A stretch of DNA of 27,826 bases from a bacterium (GTDB lineage: Bacteria > Acidobacteriota > Blastocatellia > HR10): contig JBEPZV010000033.1 of NCBI GenBank assembly GCA_041640655.1, forward strand, positions 1-27,826, read 5' to 3'. The notes under the pieces are model-generated. The model was not told where the DNA came from, did no database searches, and worked only from the letters and a program-made list of their open reading frames with translations. Of the stretch, positions 21,999 through 27,826 are shown piece after piece. Both the position numbers and the translations under genes were made by a program. Each line of letters starts with the position of its first letter. Within the stretch, counting starts at the first letter, position 1.

Positions 21999-23483
21999 CT
22001 ACTCGAGCGGTGAGACGACTCTCGGCGAATTCGACCGCCATACCCGCAGATGTCGAAAGAGCGGTTCTCCGACCTCGCTCCATCCTCCGACGGCGAGGAC
22101 ATAGACGGCGCTCCCCAAAGCCGCTGCTGCGATCAACTCCGCCAAGCTGGAGATATGAGGACTGAGCCCATGCAGAACGCCACCCACGATTCCGCCGATG
22201 ATCACCGGCTTGCCCACCACCTCCCCGAACCTCAGGCGCGCGCCGCGCTGTGACAAAAGCGCATTCACCCGGTGCGCGAGCCAGAACGCCGGAGGCCACA
22301 CGGCGAGAGCCGAAGCCGCAGCGATGCCAGAGAAGCCCAGGCGAAGCGCCAAGACCAAAGCCAGTCCCACCTCCAGAGCCGCCCATGCGGCGACCGTCCT
22401 CGATGCGAGACGAAACTGCCCCATTCCGTTCGCCAGGAAGACGAAGAGGCTCAGCAGACCTCCGCCGAGCATCCGCATGCCGAAGAGATACAGGGCCGGA
22501 AGAGCCGGCGCCCATTTCTCCGTATACACCACGGCCACCACAGGATGCGCTAACCCCAGCAGGAGCGTGAGCAAGACCACCAAGATGCTCGTCAACGCCG
22601 ACACCATCCCTTCGATGACCCGACCGATCGAAGGCGATGGCGAGCCCTCCGATGATCGCGCCATGAGCGAGAATCCGACGCGCGTGAACGCGGAGGCGAA
22701 GATATAGTGGCCCACGTAAGTGAGATTTCGCGCCCACACCAGGTACCCCACGGCAGTCGGTCCGAAAATCGGTCCGGCGATCAACGGAGGCGTCTGCTCG
22801 CGAAGGAATCCGAGCAGATCCGTGAGCTGGCAATACCGCCCGCGCTTCATCACTTCCCCAAGGAACGCCCTCTCGATGCCCAAGCCGAGCGGCCAACGGG
22901 CCAGGCGCAGGCTCACGAGCGCGCGCCCGACGCCAGCGGCGAGCGCTCCCACGACCAAGCTCCAGAGGCCGAATCCGCTCCACGCCAAGATCACCGCCAC
23001 CGTCATCTGAAGCCCGCCCCCCACGAGCGAGATGACACTGAGGGTGCCATAGGCCATCCGACGTTCCAACACGGCGCTGGAGACCCGCTCCAGAGGTGCC
23101 ACGATCACCAGCGGCAGAGACCAAACCAGCGCGCGAACGAAATCCGCGCTCAGATCGAACGCCCGCGCCAGGGGTCGAGCGAGCGCCTGCAAAAGGAGCG
23201 CCATCGAAGCCGCTCCAATGAGCTGGACGGTGAATGCCGTTCGCCATTCGCCCGCTCGCGGCTCCTGAGGCCGTTGCACGAGCACCGTCCCCTGGCCGAA
23301 ATCACTCAACACCTGCATCAGCGCGATCAGGAACAGGACTATGGCGAACGTCCCGAACTCGGTCGGGCCCAATCTCCGCGCGAGGATCACACTGCCCGCG
23401 ACTTGGAGGACGAGCCCCGCCGCTTGACCGAGGACGATCGCAATGACGCCAGTGACGGCTCTCCGGCTCAGGGAGGACGACAT
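21999..23483 (-). CDS. wzx: Wzx-family polysaccharide flippase
   Basis: ILARRLGPTEFG, DFG.G..LVQ, LER.M.Y, G.GLWSLV, FG..AVGY and VY.EKW.PA; many TM segments. Confidence 0.88.
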   Translation of the reverse strand: MSSSLSRRAVTGVIAIVLGQAAGLVLQVAGSVILARRLGPTEFGTFAIVLFLIALMQVLSDFGQGTVLVQRPQEPRAGEWRTAFTVQLIGAASMALLLQALARPLARAFDLSADFVRALVWSLPLVIVAPLERVSSAVLERRMAYGTLSVISLVGGGLQMTVAVILAWSGFGLWSLVVGALAAGVGRALVSLRLARWPLGLGIERAFLGEVMKRGRYCQLTDLLGFLREQTPPLIAGPIFGPTAVGYLVWARNLTYVGHYIFASAFTRVGFSLMARSSEGSPSPSIGRVIEGMVSALTSILVVLLTLLLGLAHPVVAVVYTEKWAPALPALYLFGMRMLGGGLLSLFVFLANGMGQFRLASRTVAAWAALEVGLALVLALRLGFSGIAAASALAVWPPAFWLAHRVNALLSQRGARLRFGEVVGKPVIIGGIVGGVLHGLSPHISSLAELIAAAALGSAVYVLAVGGWSEVGEPLFRHLRVWRSNSPRVVSPLE

Positions 23484-23517
23484 CACGTGAGGAGATTCCC
23501 TCTGCGCGCGAGCCCGA

Positions 23518-24456
23518 TCACCGCGCGTGTGTGGCAAAGAACTCCACCGTGCGGCGCAGTCCCTCCTCGAACGAGATCTGCGGACGATAGCCAAGCTTCC
23601 GCTCAGCCTCGCTCAGGTCCGCCTGCGTGTGGCGCACATCACCCGGCCGAGGAGGGGTATGCCGCGCCGGAAGCGGGCGGCCGAGGATCTGCTCCAAGTG
23701 AGCCTTCACCTCGAGCACGGAATAGCGTCGCCCGCACCCGATGTTGAACACCTCGCCGGCGAGGCCGGGCAGCACCGCGGCTCGAAGGTTCGCGTCCACG
23801 ACGTTCTCCACATAGGTGAAATCCCGCGACTGATGACCATCGCCATGAATCTCCAGCGGCTCCCCGCGCAGCGCCGCGAGGATGAAGCGCGCGATCACCG
23901 CAGCGTATTCCGAACGAGGGTCCTGTCGCGGTCCGAAGACGTTGAAATATCGCAGGCTCACGGTCTCCAGTCCATAGAGCTTCGTGAAGACCCGACAATA
24001 GTGCTCCCCCGCGAGCTTCGAGACGGCATACGGCGAGATCGGACGCGGCGGCTGCGATTCACGCAGCGGCAACTCCAACGCCTCGCCATACACGGATGAG
24101 GATGAAGCGAAGACGACGCGCCGCACGCCCGCTTCGCGCGCCGCCTCCAACAGAGTCACCGTCCCCAGCACGTTCACCTCCGTCGTCGTCACCGGGTCTT
24201 CGACCGAGCGCGGGACCGAACGCAGCGCCGCCTGATGCAAGATGTATTCCACATCCCGAACGGCGCGGCGCATAAGCGCTGGATCGCGCACATCCCCCTC
24301 GAGGAACTCGATCCGATCCCACACCGATGCGAGATTCTCCTTCCGTCCCTCGGAGAGGTCATCAAGGACGCGCACCCGATGTCCCAACGCCACCAATCGC
24401 TCCACCAGATGCGATCCGATGAACCCCGCGCCTCCCGTGACCAAATACGTCGCCAT
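23518..24456 (-). CDS. NAD-dependent UDP-hexose/HexNAc 4-epimerase (WbpP-like SDR)
   Basis: TGGAGFIGSH, HQAAL.SVPRSV.DP, ASSSSVYG, SPYAVSK, RYFNVFGPRQDP and RDFTYV.NVV.AN. Confidence 0.9.
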   Translation of the reverse strand: MATYLVTGGAGFIGSHLVERLVALGHRVRVLDDLSEGRKENLASVWDRIEFLEGDVRDPALMRRAVRDVEYILHQAALRSVPRSVEDPVTTTEVNVLGTVTLLEAAREAGVRRVVFASSSSVYGEALELPLRESQPPRPISPYAVSKLAGEHYCRVFTKLYGLETVSLRYFNVFGPRQDPRSEYAAVIARFILAALRGEPLEIHGDGHQSRDFTYVENVVDANLRAAVLPGLAGEVFNIGCGRRYSVLEVKAHLEQILGRPLPARHTPPRPGDVRHTQADLSEAERKLGYRPQISFEEGLRRTVEFFATHAR

Positions 24457-24513
24457 AGGGGGGTATCCTACACGGGCTCAGCGCTGCCGAACAAGAGCGG
24501 CTTCCCGCCCGGA

Positions 24514-24525
24514 CAGGCTACCGCC
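24514..24525 (-). promoter_or_regulatory. ops-like element (RfaH/NusG-paralogue loading site)
   Basis: GGCGGTAGCCTG on the coding strand matches the consensus GGCGGTAGnnTG; intergenic, 57 nt upstream of the epimerase ATG. Confidence 0.55.
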
Positions 24526-24569
24526 GATCAGGCCAACGACCTGCCTCACGCGCATGCGATGCGCTCCCT

Positions 24570-25985
24570 TCATCGCCCGCGATCCAGGCGCAGGAGCACG
24601 ACAAGCAGGCTCAGGAAAACAAGCCCGTTCGCCGGAACCCGCAGCCCGAAGTCCACGATGCTGTGAATCAGGATCGCGAGGATCCCCACGCTCGCCCCCA
24701 CAGCGGCGGGCTCCGCCGCGCGCGAGAGCGAGCGCCGTATGGTTCGAACCAAAAGACTGAGAAAGGCTGCGCCGATGAGGCCGCCCACGATCCCCACCTC
24801 GGCGAGCAGCTGCAAATAGTCGTTGTGCGCTTCAGCCGTGTACCGCAATCCAGGGCTCGCATCATAGCGCGGATACACGGTCGCGAAGGCTCCGAGTCCG
24901 ACGCCGAAGACGGGATGTTCGCCGATCATCCGAAGCGTCGCTCGCCAGATCTCACCCCGAACGGCGAGCACCTCCTCGCGGAATCGCTCCAGGACGCGTT
25001 CGCGCAGGGACTCGCCTCCGATCCATACCCCCCCGCCGATCGCCAGACTCATGAGCACACACACGCGGAGAAAAGTCGAGCGGAGATGCGCTCGGCCTCT
25101 TCCCCTCCACACGAGCCAGGGCACCACCACCCACTGCAGGGCGGCGAGTACTATCCCCGCTCGCGAAGCCGCTACGCCAACGGCTGCCCCCATGACGACG
25201 AGAGCCGGCACCAACAACAATGAGGCGCCTCGACGCGCCCATCCCTCTGAGGACACGCGCGCCAGTCCGAGCGGCATGATCATCTCCATCAGCGCGGAGA
25301 AATGCGCGCGATTGGCATAGGGACCGAACGATGGCGATCCCGGGGAGAACGACCAGATGATCGGCCCCGTCGCGGAGAGGGCATTCAGGAGACCGAGAAA
25401 AGCCAGGACCGCGCCGTTCCCAAGAAGCGCCATCTCGAGCGCCCGCAGGCGCGCTGCGGAGCTCGCGCTGAGCATCAACAGGGAGAAATACGCCAGCATG
25501 AGCACGAGTCTCGCCATCGCCGCCACCGTCGCCGCCGGATCGCGCGTGAGCCGATTCCAGGAGAGGATCTCTCCCTCAGGCGACGGGATGCGCTCCACGG
25601 ATACGGGCAGAGGCACGAGCTGCAGCAGCGCGAGGCCGAGAAGAAGCAGCCCCCCCACCTGCGCCCACGACCACGCCCATCGCCCCTCTCCGGCCAAGGC
25701 GATCTGCAGAATCCACAGCAGCCAGAGTCCCCCCACGCCGAACCCGAGCCCCACAAGAGCCCCCGCATGGTCGGAGCCATAGCCCCAGGGAGCCAGCAGA
25801 AGCAGCATGAGCGCCCCACCGAAGATCACACGATCGCAGACGCGCGCGGCCATGGCCGCCAGCTCAAGACGCCTCCACTCCCGGAGCGAGGACAAGCGCG
25901 CGGGCGTGCCGCTCTCCTCCCGCGCGTTCGCGATCGCAGCGTCTTCAACACGATGTGACGCCGCCCCCCTCCAGATCCCCCTCAC
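24570..25985 (-). CDS. O-antigen ligase family membrane protein (WaaL/Wzy_C)
   Basis: FGPYANRAHF, SRAG, R.EIW...L.MI.EHP.FGVGLGAF and AHNDYLQLLAE.GIVG. Probable GTG start overlaps the upstream stop (GTGA). Confidence 0.85.
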   Translation of the reverse strand: MRGIWRGAASHRVEDAAIANAREESGTPARLSSLREWRRLELAAMAARVCDRVIFGGALMLLLLAPWGYGSDHAGALVGLGFGVGGLWLLWILQIALAGEGRWAWSWAQVGGLLLLGLALLQLVPLPVSVERIPSPEGEILSWNRLTRDPAATVAAMARLVLMLAYFSLLMLSASSAARLRALEMALLGNGAVLAFLGLLNALSATGPIIWSFSPGSPSFGPYANRAHFSALMEMIMPLGLARVSSEGWARRGASLLLVPALVVMGAAVGVAASRAGIVLAALQWVVVPWLVWRGRGRAHLRSTFLRVCVLMSLAIGGGVWIGGESLRERVLERFREEVLAVRGEIWRATLRMIGEHPVFGVGLGAFATVYPRYDASPGLRYTAEAHNDYLQLLAEVGIVGGLIGAAFLSLLVRTIRRSLSRAAEPAAVGASVGILAILIHSIVDFGLRVPANGLVFLSLLVVLLRLDRGR

Positions 25986-27388
25986 GACGTCTCCCTCTCT
26001 GCTGGTCGAGCCCCCTCCCCGATGGGACGAATCGAGAACGCATCGAACCACAGGCGCCCCTTCACGAAATCGGCGAGCGCATCCGCCGGCACGCGCCGAA
26101 TCCGCAGAAGCACGAGCGACGTCTCCGGCGGAGTTCTGAAGACCTCGCGCACGAGCGTCCATCCGGTGCGACCCGCCTCTCGCGGGAGCGACCACCGAAA
26201 GAGCACGCCGTTCTCCTCAGGCACACCGCGGCGTGCTCCCACGACCTCCACGACCACGCGCGGATCGCCGCGCACCTCGGCTTTGTACGCGAAGCGCACT
26301 TCGTAGGTCGCCGCCGGACGAAGAAGCACAAGCTGCGTGACGCCGGAGAAGCGAACGTTCTCAGGCCGGGTGAATTCGATCCGCAGCACCCGTTCTCCCT
26401 CGTAGGGCTCTTCACGCGCGATCCTCGTCAGGACGCCCGCTTCGTCCTCGATCCTCCAATCGAAATCGCGATCGAGAACCGCGAATTCCTCGCTCATCCC
26501 CAGCGTCGAGAGCGACGAAGCGGGGACCATCTCCCGAAGCGGAGCAAGTTCGAAGCCCCCATTCCAGACAAGATCGTGCGAGCATGCCGCGCGCTCAGAG
26601 AGGTGCGGCCACAGAGCGCACCACAGCGCACGCGCCAACGCGTATTGTTCGGTGCCGATCCCGCGTGCGATCAGAGCGCGCGCGAGCCCCAGCTTCGCTC
26701 TCTCACTCCAATCGAGATCGCGCCAGAGAGAGACGGCCTCCGAGAGTGATCCCCGCGAGAGCAAGAAGGCGCACAGGCGCGCCCGAACACCCGCCTCGGG
26801 CACCAGACGGGCGAGCTGCGCGATGCGCTCCTCATTCTGGAGCAGCGCGGCGATGTTGGCGGCGGCCTCCGGATGGGCGCGAGCCGCGCGAGCGAAGGCC
26901 TCGAGCGCCCGCTCGAGCTCCCCGTGTTTCAGGAGAAAATTCGCGTAGAGCCAGTGCGGGAGGAAATACCCGGGCGCACCCGCGATGGCCTCGCGATAGG
27001 CCGCTTCCGCACGCGCGCGATCGCCCACAGCTTCGTATCCTTGACCGAGGTGCATCCAGTTCCGATAGTCGAAGGGGCTCTCGCGCACGGCGCGCCGCAG
27101 ATGCTCCAGGGCGCGCGGCGGATCGAAGATCGCGGGATCGTAGAGATAGCGCACGCCCAAATCGGCGCGCATTGAGGAGGGGAGAAGGGGTATCCGAGCA
27201 AGTGTCGCCTCCACGTCCTCGGCGCGCAGACTGCTCGAGCGCACAAGCACCGCGCGCGCATGGGGATACCCCCAGAGGAGGAGCAGCCCGCCGAGCGCTG
27301 CGCCAAGACCCACACTCAGCCGCACCCACCACCGGCGAATGCGGAACGCGACCTCTCGAACCCCTGCTCTCGCCATGCCCGCACTCAC
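25982..27388 (-). CDS. Membrane-anchored TPR protein with C-terminal carbohydrate-binding-like (NGGFE) domain
   Basis: N-terminal TM helix; TPR-like helices (W..LG..YE..GD...AE.AY..A, YANFLL..G); LVWNGGFE...FDW...WFDAFS beta-sandwich signature. Confidence 0.7.
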   Translation of the reverse strand: MSAGMARAGVREVAFRIRRWWVRLSVGLGAALGGLLLLWGYPHARAVLVRSSSLRAEDVEATLARIPLLPSSMRADLGVRYLYDPAIFDPPRALEHLRRAVRESPFDYRNWMHLGQGYEAVGDRARAEAAYREAIAGAPGYFLPHWLYANFLLKHGELERALEAFARAARAHPEAAANIAALLQNEERIAQLARLVPEAGVRARLCAFLLSRGSLSEAVSLWRDLDWSERAKLGLARALIARGIGTEQYALARALWCALWPHLSERAACSHDLVWNGGFELAPLREMVPASSLSTLGMSEEFAVLDRDFDWRIEDEAGVLTRIAREEPYEGERVLRIEFTRPENVRFSGVTQLVLLRPAATYEVRFAYKAEVRGDPRVVVEVVGARRGVPEENGVLFRWSLPREAGRTGWTLVREVFRTPPETSLVLLRIRRVPADALADFVKGRLWFDAFSIRPIGEGARPAERETS

Positions 27389-27445
27389 ATGAGCTCGCGC
27401 ACGAGCGCGATCTTCCGCTCTCGAAAGGCGCCTTCGCCCCAGGAC

Positions 27446-27826
27446 CTACGCGAGATCCCTGCCCTCTATGATCGCCTTCGGATTCTCGATGAAAAGAGCA
27501 CGAGCAACAGCCTCACCATATGCGCGGACGACGTCCTCCCATGCGCGCCGCAGCTTGGGTGGACGCGCGCGCAGACCATGCGCATCGGAAGCGACGACAT
27601 GGACCAGTTCGGCTTCGATCCACCGGAGCGCTGCTCGTCGCGCCTCCTGTCCATGATCCCCCAGCAACGAGGGGGCATCCACCTGAACGTAGCATCCCCG
27701 TTCCACGAAGTGGCGCAGCCGTTCGGGTCGGCGCCGTATCGCCGAATTCCGTTCGGGATGCGCGAGGACTGGTCGAACTCCGACAGTCAACAACTCAAAG
27801 AAGAGCCGCTCGACACCCGGAGGAAT
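27446..27826 (-). CDS. CpsB/CapC (YwqE-like) PHP-family protein-tyrosine phosphatase, C-terminal part
   Basis: PVLAHPERN, QVDA.SL.G, HVVASDAH...RPP and ENP. The frame is open to the window edge. Confidence 0.9.
   Translation of the reverse strand: MPPGVERLFFELLTVGVRPVLAHPERNSAIRRRPERLRHFVERGCYVQVDAPSLLGDHGQEARRAALRWIEAELVHVVASDAHGLRARPPKLRRAWEDVVRAYGEAVARALFIENPKAIIEGRDLA

Noticed and set aside
21988..23247. 808-aa ORF suggesting a long N-terminal extension on the GT2
   Set aside because: The upstream part is an alternative frame overlapping the flippase and is low-complexity G/R/A-rich sequence. A good RBS and GTG exist at 21987.

Overview
GC-rich bacterial window; the gene content and style are consistent with a thermophilic Acidobacteria-like organism, which is an inference. 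Left part (1-7.8 kb): the 5' end of a TolC-like gene, endonuclease IV, an unannotated small membrane ORF that may be a UGA-readthrough selenoprotein, a two-subunit B12 acyl-CoA mutase with isobutyryl-CoA mutase specificity residues, a GT-C-like membrane protein and a secreted beta-helix protein. A divergent tRNA-Pro/acyP/apt/tRNA-Arg unit follows. Next is an 880-bp module in which an 85-bp direct duplication of the glmS 3' end (the attTn7 region) brackets a small-protein/retropepsin gene pair. Right part (8.7-27.8 kb): a minus-strand Wzx/Wzy-type polysaccharide cluster with a CpsB-like phosphatase, TPR protein, O-antigen-ligase-like protein, epimerases, flippase, GT2/GT4s, Wzy-like protein, carbamoyltransferase, GDP-fucose synthase and glmS. 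A perfect RfaH-type ops motif sits in an internal leader of this cluster. All calls come from reading motifs by eye; no database searches were run.
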